From: Tubulanus polymorphus | Lineage: Eukaryota; Animalia; Nemertea | Direction: 5' to 3' | NCBI RefSeq assembly: GCF_964204645.1 | Contig: NW_027437473.1 | Coordinates: 4,001-68,000 of the forward strand | Length of the DNA: 64,000 bases | In this document: positions 53,007 to 64,000 of the stretch, piece by piece | How positions within the stretch are numbered: the stretch's first letter is position 1 | Layout: each line of letters begins with the position of its first letter | The notes under the pieces: model-generated | The model's database searches: none | What the model saw: the letters and a program-made list of their open reading frames with translations, nothing else | What the model was told of the DNA's origin: nothing | Translations under genes and position numbers: made by a program

Positions 53007-55876
53007 TTAATCAGATTCATCTGATGAATCAGATGAATCAGATGAATCTGATAATACAGATGCTGGGTAGTAAACCCCTATTATTACTCTCAGTCTTTTA
53101 TTGAGTTTTTTAAGTTCTGATATGATGTAATCTCTCGTCGTATCGGGGTCGGTGCTCCAGCAGCGGATATACAGGTCAGAAAGATGCGGAAGATTATTGA
53201 TTAATTCGACGATTAATTTGCCGAATAAATCGATATCGTGCTGTGTATTAATCAGCGCGAGTAAACCGTGAAACTTTAAACAACGAATTGATGAGACGTG
53301 TTTTAGTTGTTTAAAGATGCGATTGTTCTGTTCCGGTCTATCGAGACGGCTATCAATACGGACTTGTATCAGCTGATTTACCGCATCTGTTGATAGATAC
53401 CGAACAAGTGCGTCAACATCAGCTTCTGAACACAACACTATTTCTAATACAGTCAGCCGCGGCAGGTGATCTAGAACGCGGTGTTTTGGTAAATTAGATC
53501 CGTTAATGACAAGACGTTTTAGTTTCTGCATTGAACCGACACTATCACTCATTGCTGCACATTGATCTGTCGTTAGTTCGCGCAGTTCGCTCAGTTCGAG
53601 CAGTTCGCGCAGTTCGCGCAGTCCGCGCAGTCCGCGCAGTCCGCGCACTCCGAGCTGAATTGTTTCGATGTCTGACGATTTTATCGTGTTGTTTAAATCA
53701 TTCAATTCCTCCGAACCGATCAAATCTTTATCGAATATTACTCCAAAAAGACATAAGGTTTTCAAACTCGGAATGATGTTTATCAGCCCTCTGATTGTAT
53801 TTCTATCGAGCTGATATTCCCACAGCGATCTGAGATATAGATGTTTTATGGATGGATACGATTCGTGAATATTGACTAAAATATAACCTAAACGTTCCGC
53901 ACATATACGAGGATCAATAATCAGACTCTCCACTGTATTGTGTGTGTTAGTATCAACACTGATCAACCGCGCGTCATATTCAGTGTTAATCTCGTGACTT
54001 GTAATAATCCATTCATTATTGAGTTTCTTGTAACATTCACAAATGTCGTCGAGGTATCTACCTCGCCGCACAAACCAGTTTATACTGTTGCTCTTCTTAC
54101 ACATAGTCAAACACTGATCGGGTTTTGATGACCCGTATGTATCTAATATCATACCGTGAAGACTAGTGTTACTCGCTATGGCTGTTTCTAATACGCGGTA
54201 TTCGTCGGGTTTCAGTATCATATAACCCTTTATGTAAACTAGCTCGATCTGACATTGTTTGTGTTCGAGTATTTTTGCGAGCATGTTTATCCACGATCTG
54301 CTATAATATGCAGATACGAACAACATTTTCTGCATGTAGTGAACTATTTCACAAATGGCGTCGTCCGGCCAGTCGGCTTCATTCATGCAGATTAACAACT
54401 GATCAGATAAAACAGTTCTTTCGGATCGGAGTTCGATGTAGCGTTCGTAATCGGGGATGAGCGCCATATCTGCCGATTCCCTAGTAACCGTAACCAAGGA
54501 CTCTAACCTATCCACTATTGTGACTGCTTTTAAATGTTCATCTATTAAAGTCTTGAAAAGTTCACCGAGGCCGCGGTTATACTTGTAACGATACAGCAGC
54601 CCTGCCATGAATCTCGGGTATAATTCACCATATTTCACAAGTTCGTCCGGTAGTTGTTCAAACGCGCATTTATTCCAGGGTGTTTTCCAGGGTATTTCAT
54701 TACTGTTGTTGAATTGTACGACCGAGTGTACCGCCGCCAGAAATTCGTGCACAGATTTGTGTATGAACCGCAGCTGGACGGAGCGGTCTGATTTCCGTCG
54801 CGGCGACACCTCTTTGCATGTCAAAGCCGTCCTTTTCGATTCGTCGAGTTCAAGACGACTTTCGGTGAAGCTGTTTTGATGCTCGATGAGCGTCTCATAC
54901 GCGACTTGACAAATTTCTTTAAGCGCTTCGGAATTTCCGATATTGCGGAAAAAACATTCCTTCGACAACTCGAGGCCCTCGCGTTTACTGATTAGAAAAC
55001 ATGTCAAATCGATGTAGATATCGGTGAGTTTTGATGGTATCGTAATTTCTTCCTCGTCCATATACAGATAACGAAACATAAGTAGTATCAGCGGGTTGTA
55101 GTAGATACTGTTAAATAAAGGTGACGCTGCGTATCTAAGCTTGTCGAATAGCTGATATGGATCGCGCTTGGGGAATTTTCTCTCCAGAATTTCGATGACT
55201 TCTTTCTGTTTGAAGCCGGATATCGATACAACAGTGAATTTGGGATCAGTGACGATCATGCTGCCCCCGGACTCACGTGTTGTTATGACGATATGCGCTT
55301 TCGGTAATTCATTGGTCACGTGTACGATGTCTTTCTTCGCTTTATCACTTTTCAACTCGTCGAAGCCGTCTAGAAAAAATATCGATTTTTCTGCATTTTC
55401 CCGTAAGAATCTCTCAAAACCAATCAGCAGATTCTCTTCGATTACTCGATATAAAAGATTTTTGTAAATGTACTTATAAATACACGCGTTATCAGCGGGC
55501 AGTTCATTTAACGGTATATAGAATAACATAGGAAACTTTGCTACAAACTCCGTTGTTGATGTTGTCCAGGTTAACACTTGATTAACTACCTGAGTAGTTT
55601 TACCCATACCGGGTTCACCTACAAGGCACACGGGTTTCACATCACTCTCTTTATAAGTGAAAAGTTTCTCGAAATGATCGGGTAAAATCAATGACTGCTC
55701 CTCACTTCCTTCATTTTTCTTCGGGTTTCGTTTTTGGGCTCGAATTTTCGCGTTTTCTTGGGTGAAGAAGTCGTTTAAATTGGTGACTTCATCGCTCCAC
55801 GAAACCTCTTTGTAATTTTCATCATCGATCATTCGTTGATACGTTTCTTTCAGGTTCTTCTGAACTTGATCAACAT
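53007..55876 (-). CDS. NLR paralog 3, terminal exon: NACHT + LRR-like with an acidic Ser/Asp tail
   Basis: Same NACHT motifs, with the phase-1 acceptor at 55877/55876. The ORF-track N-terminal extension to 55940 is intronic read-through. Confidence 0.92.
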
Positions 55877-58800
55877 CTGTAAAAATAAAACCAGTTTGAG
55901 ATTTTTTTAGAATTTCTATGGCGGCTGATTTTGCCTCCAAATCATAGAATCATAGAAAATGTCATGAGCTTAAATTGAACAATTGACCGCAGTTACAAAA
56001 TATGCCTAGGTACCAAGGAACTAATGAGTTCTTCTGCTATTCAACGCCCCCTAGTGACCTTAAACAAAAACCAACGATCCTGAAACTCACCACAATCATA
56101 CATCATGTCATGAGCTAAAACTTTGCAATTGATTGCGGTGGCAAAATATGCACCAGAAAGAATCTTTCTGTGGGGTCGGGTTAGCAACAAGTTCGATCAG
56201 AGACATTCAAGGTCCCATCTACACGAGTGGAAAAATCCTTTATTTTCAATCTGCACGAGGAAAACATTTCCAAAAGTCACCTTTAAAAAAGTCGGCTTTT
56301 TCACCTTTTTTAAAAATTATACTTAATCTAAAGATAAACGGCTTCGTTGATTTTGGTGAACTTCACGTGTTACTAAAACGAGGGCGATATCATCACAGCT
56401 CCGCAGTAAATACTGCAAACTACGCCGCGCATCAATATGGAATTTTCAGCACAGGACAAAATGTTTATTAATCTTTCTCATCTTTCTCAGAATTTCAGTT
56501 TGAGTCAATCGGATGACAACAATTCATTTCATTTAGTTCTTAACTTTTGAAATGAGGATCGGAAAAATGTATTAGTCACGTGATACACGATGAACCGGTT
56601 TTCTGAACACAAATCTTCGCTGCTTACGCGCATAAGAAGTGCCGGTTTTATGTCCTTGCGCAGGGAAACCAAATATACTTTGTTAATTTAGATTTCATCA
56701 AGAAATTGTTTCTAGGCCTGGGATATACAATACACTAAGTAGCAGCACACCTCAATGAGTATGAATTACTTTTTTTAGAAAGGCCGATCAGCCATATCGG
56801 TGCGCAAAAGTAAAGGGATATCCCGATATGACATCAGGCGGGAAAATTATTATTATTTTACAGAATTCTTTCAGAAATAAATTCATTTGTTCTTTCAACA
56901 AACCCAGGGAAGTGCAACAAATTTCCCTGAACTAATTACAAAGCTACGTATCTTGTGTCAAATAACAGAAAAAATGGGAAAATGAAGTCGAACCACTAAA
57001 ACATCGTGGTCGGCGTTGCTACGCGACCCGACCACAAAAATGAAATCAGTTTGAGATATTTTAAGCCGGGTGTAAGTCGGTTGCGACGCGATAAGTCTTT
57101 TTGCAGTTGCCAGGCGCCATTTTTGGGTACCCACCGGGTCCGCATTGTTGAATTCTTGTCCCAATTTTTCCCCATTTTAATTTTTCTTATTTCGTTCATA
57201 TCTCTGGATTGGATTAAGATAGAAACAAAGTAAAAATATCGATGAACTCAGCTGATAATTAACTTTTCTATGATATCACTCATTCATAAATTTAAAGCAA
57301 TAATGCGCGCTGGTGAAGTTATAAACATTCATATCCTCTTCCCGATAATTCAACTTGAATTTTTGCTCATCTCATTCAAAAGTTCGTAATTCTTACAAAT
57401 CTTAATCTACATTTTCATTGTTCAATTTTGAAGGCAGGGTCTGGACTACCGATTCCCAACCCCGAAGTCTGTCCTTGTTTTACTAGAACTGCCTATATAT
57501 CTTTATTTGCCATTTTTTTCAAATGGCTAAGTACCCTTATTTCCATAGTTATTGATTTCAATAAAGCAGGGGCCGGTAAAATTGTGAAATTTCCTGATAT
57601 AAAGAAACGATCGTACTTGCGATTGTCACGTGGTAACTAAAATTGGCACCAAACCACGCAAAGATAAAAAAAGTTTCGAATTTCTGGCCTATTAGGGAAA
57701 ATTGGGTTTCAACACAGCTATTTAGTAATAGTCCTTGACTTAGAGCTAAAATAACTGGTCTTTATGGTCAAAGCAGCTTGAAAACAAATGAAAGAGATTA
57801 AATTCTCGATAAGAAATTCTACGAATCCTTCAAAAAAAATTATTTCAAAACGCATCTCACAACTATTGTGGGTTCGAATCCCAGTATTACTGGATCAAAT
57901 CGCGCATCTCCCAGTCACGAGAGGGCGTAGCCGCAGGCTTATTGCGACGATCGCGTCGCAGTAAGTAGAACATGTGCGACTTGCTGCGACTGGCGTCGTT
58001 AAAATTTCTATGGTCGCTGATTTGGTCTCAAAATTTCCGGTCGATTGAGAAAAATTAGCTAAAAGAAAATATTTGTTACAGCTTGTTCGAAAACAGCTTT
58101 TATTTGAGCGCTCACTGAAAAAAACTTATAGGTCCTGATATCAACGAGTTGATCTAAGCAAATCAACTTTTAAATCAATTCATTGATCGCGTTTACAAAA
58201 TATGCAGAGTTACCAATATAAATGGAAAATTGTATTCAATTCAATATTTAATTCTCCTGGTGGGTTGAACAAAAGACCGAAATTCCATGTCCTATGACAT
58301 TGCTGATAACGACCAAATATCAAGACTAAGTTAAAATCACTCACCCACTAAGTGAAAATGACATTTTCCCCAAAAACACCTCTTTTCATATGTGTGCAAG
58401 AAATTACGTTAAAATTGAATGATGAAAAAAACCTGTCTGATGTGTCAGGAAATCCCTTTTTCAAAAAATACCAATCACAAATTCCAACAGAAAATACCAA
58501 ACAATTAGGAAGCTACAGGTCTCGGAATTTAGACCAAAAATAGGTACAAAAAGGTCTCAGGACGGCCATATTGAGTCCGATCGACCAAATTTTAACTTTT
58601 TCTTATGCTGATGTGCGCTGTGGAGATATATACTTATAAAAGATAAAGGATATTGATTAAAGTCATTCCAATTCCAATATTTGATGAATTTTCATTATAA
58701 GTAATCTGTTTATTATTAAGATTGAAATTATGTTATTTTCGTTTTTCAATTCTCAAGTTAATCAAATCATTGTAACCTTTAGAAAGTATTAAATCATCAT

Positions 58801-59447
58801 TTCTTTCTTTAAAAGGAGTTTCAAGAATATTCATTATTTTTTCATCTAAATTACCTTTATAATCTAAAACTGTATTGAATATTTTAGGATTTCTGGAGCC
58901 ATTATGGAAAGTATCTATTAGTTCAGTAATTAAATATGTTTCATTTAATAATATTTGATTAATTACAGTAATTTTATCAATTTTATTTCGTCTTCCATAA
59001 ACTAAATTTGTTGCTGAGATATAATTTTTAATGTTTAACAATCGAGGAATTCATGCCTGAAATGTGGCTATAAAAACTGATCGTATGTTTACTAGATTTT
59101 GAGTAGGTGTCAGTCACAAGTTCTTCCAATAGCAATAAATATGTATGAACTGGCTGCCTGTCAGCCATCTTGATCGTGAACAGGGACAATCCGAAATAAC
59201 TGGATTCCATCTATGGACGAACGGGCAAAAAGTGAAATCAACAGCCAACTGGGACTAAAGTCCCAACTGGGCTTAAACAATCGTACGCCACCTGGTGGAT
59301 AGAATGTCTTGATATAATTTTCTATTATTTTAGTTAAAGATTTAGAACGATCTTTAGAGACATGGTCAAAGACTTCGGACCAGTCTTATGATTTAGGATC
59401 ACATTTGGACTCAAGCACGAGTTCTGATGGTAGAAATCTATAATTAC

Positions 59448-59582
59448 CGAGATTCTCAGCAGGTCTGTCGATAGTTTGTGTATCTCCAAGGTAAACATTC
59501 ATCGTATTATTGCCACCCATTTGAACCATTGATTCATTTACATTCACTTTATTTACATTACTCTGTACCAAAGCACCACAAA
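59448..59582 (-). CDS. NLR3 cassette exon C1 (135 nt, RHIM): (V)CGALVQSNVNKVNVNESMVQMGGNNTMNVYLGDTQTIDRPAENL
   Basis: AG/GT borders, phase 1-1, VQMG core. Confidence 0.8.
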
Positions 59583-60601
59583 CTGAAAAACAGAATTTAG
59601 AATTCAGTCATTTTATCTCAACAAGTGCAGCACATTTTTCCTGACCTAATTGTTTTGTCCAGTATTTACACAATCAGCCTCTACTCATATTCAGACTGAA
59701 GTTTTCTTTGTTTCCGCTACTGATAAAGGATAATGGAATGTAGGAAAAAAATGGCCAAGGAAAATTTATGAGAACTACTGACAATGTTAATAAAACATTA
59801 AGCCTTCAAATTAATGACATCTTATATTTTTCATGGGGCTTAAAACAATTAAAATCGGTATAAATGAGATCAGAAATTTGATTAACTTACATTTCATTTC
59901 ATTACAGGATTGCTACATTGGAGAGTGATTGAATCCTATGTCTGAACTCAACTAACCCATGATGAGTTCACTCCTACATGTAGCAATCCTCCACCTAATA
60001 TCAATTATATCTGATATTGTGCAACTCGATACTAACGACTATAGCCGCGATCACGGGGAGACGATTTGACCCGGGCGGCAAAATTCGTACGGATCAGGTC
60101 CGAGTCAAATTGGCCTTAGAGATTGCATTCACACGCAAACCTCTCACTTGATACTAAACAAAGCGAAGTGACTCACTACCGGAACCAGTTGACCCGCACC
60201 TGGTCCGACGTTTTTGGTCGGGCCATTTTAAATTATAGGGTTAGGGTTGAAACGTGATAGTATCTGATCACGGTAACTTTCACTCTTATTTTACTGTTAA
60301 CAGTATTTATACTGTTAATCTATTTTTATTCCTACTCGAGACTGATAAACAAACTGTGTCACCAGATCTGATAAGAGACCATAATTAAAAATACCGATTA
60401 TAGAACCTGACCCTGACTGTTTTAGTCAAAGATTTAAACCAATCGGGTTGGTGGGTCCATTTTGGTACTCAGAATCTTTAAAGACAATATATTACTTTCG
60501 CCTCAAAACTTTACACCGGATTTATATACGAGATCACATTTAGACTCAAGTCACATCATTCTGTACTGAACTGAACTCCGATGGTTAAAATCTATAATTA
60601 C

Positions 60602-60697
60602 CGAGATTCTCAGCAGGTCTATCGACGGTTTGCTCCTCGTCATCGCGAACATTTTCTGCATTTATTCCTGGATTACTCTGTGCCATAGTACCCAGTA
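60602..60697 (-). CDS. NLR3 cassette exon C2 (96 nt spacer)
   Basis: AG/GT borders, phase 1-1, same type as B3/B5. Confidence 0.65.
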
Positions 60698-61572
60698 CTG
60701 AAAAAACAGGATTTAGAATTCAGTCATTTCATCTCAACAAGTGCAGCACATTTTTCCTGACCTAATTGTTTTGTCCAGTATTTACACAATCAGCCTCTAC
60801 TCATATTCAGACTGAAATTTTCTTTGTTTCCGCTACTGATAAAGGATAATAGACTAAACTTCAACATCTCCATCACAAGTTCGCATTTGGAACGTTAGAT
60901 AATTTGACCTCCTTAGAGATTTCCAGCGACGTTACAAAACACAGTTGAAATTGTTTATTAGGTTTTTATCGTGTGAAAAACGCATTCAGATAACGCGCCG
61001 GGGTCGGTCATCGACTGAGATATCAAATCACAAGCCACAACAGGTCGCCATCCGCAAATCACTGACTTTATTTTCTAAAAATGCCTGAAGAATACTGTCT
61101 TAATTTGCTGGATTAGTTTTAAAGAGGCGCACACTCGACAATCTGACATCGAAATGTAACCAGCATCGGTTTCTTTCAAGGATTTTACGTAGAAAAAAAA
61201 CTGTGTCAGCAAAAGACAGACTTATGTTAGATGTTGCAACGAGAAGACTTGTATCTTCTAAATCACTGAATACTGTTTTAACCTGCCGGAGGAAGGGGCG
61301 CATACTCGACAGTCTTACATTGGAATGAATGTAATTAGGATCAGTTTTTTCTTTCATGGATTTTAATGTAAAAAATAAATGATTCTAAAAGTTGATTTCA
61401 TTGACATTCATTACGCAGGAAGGGAAGCTGCTTTGTTAAAGTCAGGCATAAACGTGTGACTCAGTCACACGTCTCAAAACTTTACACCGGTTTTATATAC
61501 GAGATCACATTTTGACTCGAGTCACATCATTCTGTACTGAACTGAACTCCGATGGTTAAAATCTATAATTAC

Positions 61573-61668
61573 CGAGATTCTCAGCAGGTCTATCGACGGT
61601 TTGCTCCTCGTCATCGCGAACATTTTCTGCATTTATTCCTGGATTACTCTCCGCCATAGTAACGTTTA
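61573..61668 (-). CDS. NLR3 cassette exon C3 (96 nt, likely first coding exon, ATG at 61657)
   Basis: AG/GT borders and actATGg context. C3+C2+C1+NACHT exon gives 1061 aa. Confidence 0.65.
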
Positions 61669-62480
61669 CTGAAAAACAACATTTAGAATTCTTCAGTCAT
61701 TTCATCTCAATTTAAGTGCAGCACATTTTTCCTGACCTAATTGTTTGTAATACATCTATAAACAAGTTGACTATCCATTGTCAACTGCTGTTGCTGGCGC
61801 GGTAACTATCTCTAAATATTGGAATCGTCGGTCGATTTAGAAATATCAAATTAGAAACAATGGACCCTGTACGGCGTGGAATCAGAAATTGTCTTTACTG
61901 TTAAATAATCTCTGTATGACTAACAAAGATACATTCTTTTTGCGACAGCCGACCGAACTAACCACCAACGATTATGTAAACTCATACATTATCAATTTCG
62001 CCCTTGTGATGCAAAAGTTTAAGAGTTCTACTTTTTGCACTTTTTTGTTGTTTAGATATAAAAGGATGTAAGGTTTTAACCTGATAAACTCTAGATATAA
62101 AACTAGTCTCATTCTGTGTTATGAACCGACGCCCCCCTCCCCCCTAATCAGAATCGCGTTCTGTTCAAACACAATTCCGCATTCACTAAATTGACTAGAA
62201 TATTTCTACAGTAAATTAAAGATATTTAGGCCAAAAAAAACATTCTGTTTCTGGTCAGGCCCTTCTGCACAAAAAATCCTACTTTGACTATCGAGTGTGA
62301 TGGATTAGTCGACAGGAACAAGTCCAAACGCACGTACAGTAGCCGGCCCTTGCAAAATTGATATCTTTTGGTTTTTATTCACTATCAGAAGAGCTCAGAC
62401 CACTATTCAAAAATCTTCTATATCCTATAATAAAAACAAGAAATTCGAGAGTTTAGTTCATATATAAGCGCGTAAATTCA

Positions 62481-62693
62481 GGGGAAATCCTGCTTATGGC
62501 TCATAGGCCAGCATCTTAGCTACGCATTGAAGTGGTTTTCGCCCCACATACCCAACCTAACTTTTGAAATAATCAAACCTTTAGAAAGGAGGGGTATCCC
62601 AGTACAGGGATGCCATCCGAGCCAAATATCTAAGGGAATCCCCCACCGTGTTTGGTACCCTTACTCCAAGCAAAAAAAATCCAGGGAATCCCT
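62481..62693. promoter_or_regulatory. NF-kB-like site cluster 5' of NLR3
   Basis: GGGGTATCCC (62591) and GGGAATCCCC (62634); near-matches at 62481 and 62684. Confidence 0.4.
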
Positions 62694-62731
62694 TATTTCA
62701 TCATCGATCTGTCTCTTTCTCAGGATCAATG

Positions 62732-63473
62732 CAGGGGCGTAGCCACAAATATTACCGGACATATGTCGCTGCACCAATAATTGAAAAACCCATTATGCTA
62801 AAACGTCATAATAAACGTTATTCTGTATTTACATGGGGGGGGGGGGGTATCAAGTTCTTTTGAAGATGACAGTGGTGCGTGCTAATACAGAGGCGTTGGT
62901 AATGAGATTTTCGGTGTAGGCCACATCCAACCCAGTACTCCAGCGAGTTTTGTTTATAAGTGTTTACGGTATCACATCTGGACCATGAACCTGATCTCAC
63001 AGTATCAAAGTTGCCGAATTCAGATCCAGCCTACCACTTGTATCGAGGGGTACTCAGGTTTGCCCTTCTAGTTTTCTAGTTCGTGATTTTGACAGGCTCT
63101 TGTACTAACATGAATGTTTTATTGCGGGCAAGTATTCTGGAAGTAGTATAGAAACTTCAAGGGGGATAGACTTTAAGCCCCAAATATGCTTAAAGATTGC
63201 ATCTTAGAACCTTGAAAAATCAAAATTTTCTGGGGGAGTGCCCCCAGGTTCCCCGTTTTGTGCTATAACCTTGAGATAACCTTGGCTTAGAGGCATTGAT
63301 TATATTATCTACAGAAAAATTATTCAAATATGAGCTCTCAGCCATCAGAACGCATCTCAGACGTTTTAATGTTCAAAATTTTCTTGGGGGAGGGCCCCAA
63401 ACCCCCTACAAGACATCGCGATGTGCGCTCCCGATTGTCGCACCATTTTGAATTTTAGGTGGCTACGCCCCTG
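62732..63473. mobile_element. MITE-like element (paralog of 40749-41483)
   Basis: Same CAGGGGCGTAGCCAC terminal inverted repeats. Confidence 0.7.
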
Positions 63474-64000
63474 CCTGCAATGGAATTCATTATAAGATAA
63501 CCGAAATTCGTTTTCTATCCCATTCGCAGAAATTATTGCAATATTTATCGGGGACCTCTTCTTCACTCTAGGTACTATTTTTAGGCCAATTGTGGTCTGA
63601 TGCCGGACAATAGCAATGAATATTTGGACTCATATGAACCTGTTTCGTTTGACTCTGCTTCTGCGTGAACACTTCTATGGTTTTACTTCCGCGTTTGAGC
63701 ACATCGATCACTAGATGGCGCTAGCGCACGGTGCGCGAATTTCGGAGCCGATTTTCTTTCCGAAAAAACAAATTCCGACGGGGGTTCTAGATCGACCGCG
63801 CGCGCTGACCAGAAACAGCTGAATGCATTTTGTGTTTGCCCTCATATAAATAGTATTTACCTCTTCATCTCAAAGACGACTAATTACTACCCGATTTGAA
63901 CTTGGACTCATGTGAAGAGCATAAAATAGAGTCTTGAACTAGGGATAAACAGTAATGGGCTAATGCAGTTAAAAAATGGCAACGGAACTATTGCCACCAG

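Larger units (their letters stand above)
45305..64000. repeat. Segmental duplicate copy III (carries NLR paralog 3); continues beyond the window
   Basis: Matches copy I on its left part and copy II on its right part. Confidence 0.9.

Noticed and set aside
55877-55940. N-terminal extension MEAKSAAIEILKKSQTGFIFT of the 977-aa ORF
   Set aside because: It starts at TTG, spans the polypyrimidine tract and acceptor, and is not conserved in frame in paralog 2; it is intronic read-through.

Overview
AT-rich animal (probably bilaterian invertebrate) genomic DNA built mostly from three segmental duplicates. Each duplicate carries a minus-strand NLR-type immune receptor gene whose NACHT + helical + LRR-like region sits in one ~2.7-2.9 kb exon (15101-17796, 27810-30523, 53007-55876). 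The main signal, mostly missed by the ORF track, is an array of 11 homologous micro-exons (96, 135, 138 or 144 nt) upstream of the three big exons. All have canonical AG/GT borders and are phase 1-1, so they splice in frame to each other and to the NACHT exon. They come in three types: a canonical RHIM amyloid-signalling motif (VQIGDNN / VQMGGNN), a divergent RHIM-like motif (SVRGDNN / SIIGDNN), and a RHIM-null acidic spacer lacking exactly the 13-codon core. Each paralog has a different number and order of cassettes (2, 6 and 3), and paralog 2 has lost its canonical RHIM exon by deletion. The paralogs look mosaic (gene conversion or recombination) and vary most in the LRR strands, where one has an in-frame 9-bp repeat expansion. 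Also present: an intact 5'-truncated LINE ORF2 inserted just past the stop codon of paralog 1, two BEL/Pao LTR-retrotransposon remnants (one with a tRNA-His PBS), a Penelope-like remnant, MITE-like elements, several minisatellites, a fold-back palindrome around (AT)n, and candidate kB and CTCF sites. Gene models are inferred from splice signals and frame compatibility only; no transcript evidence is available.
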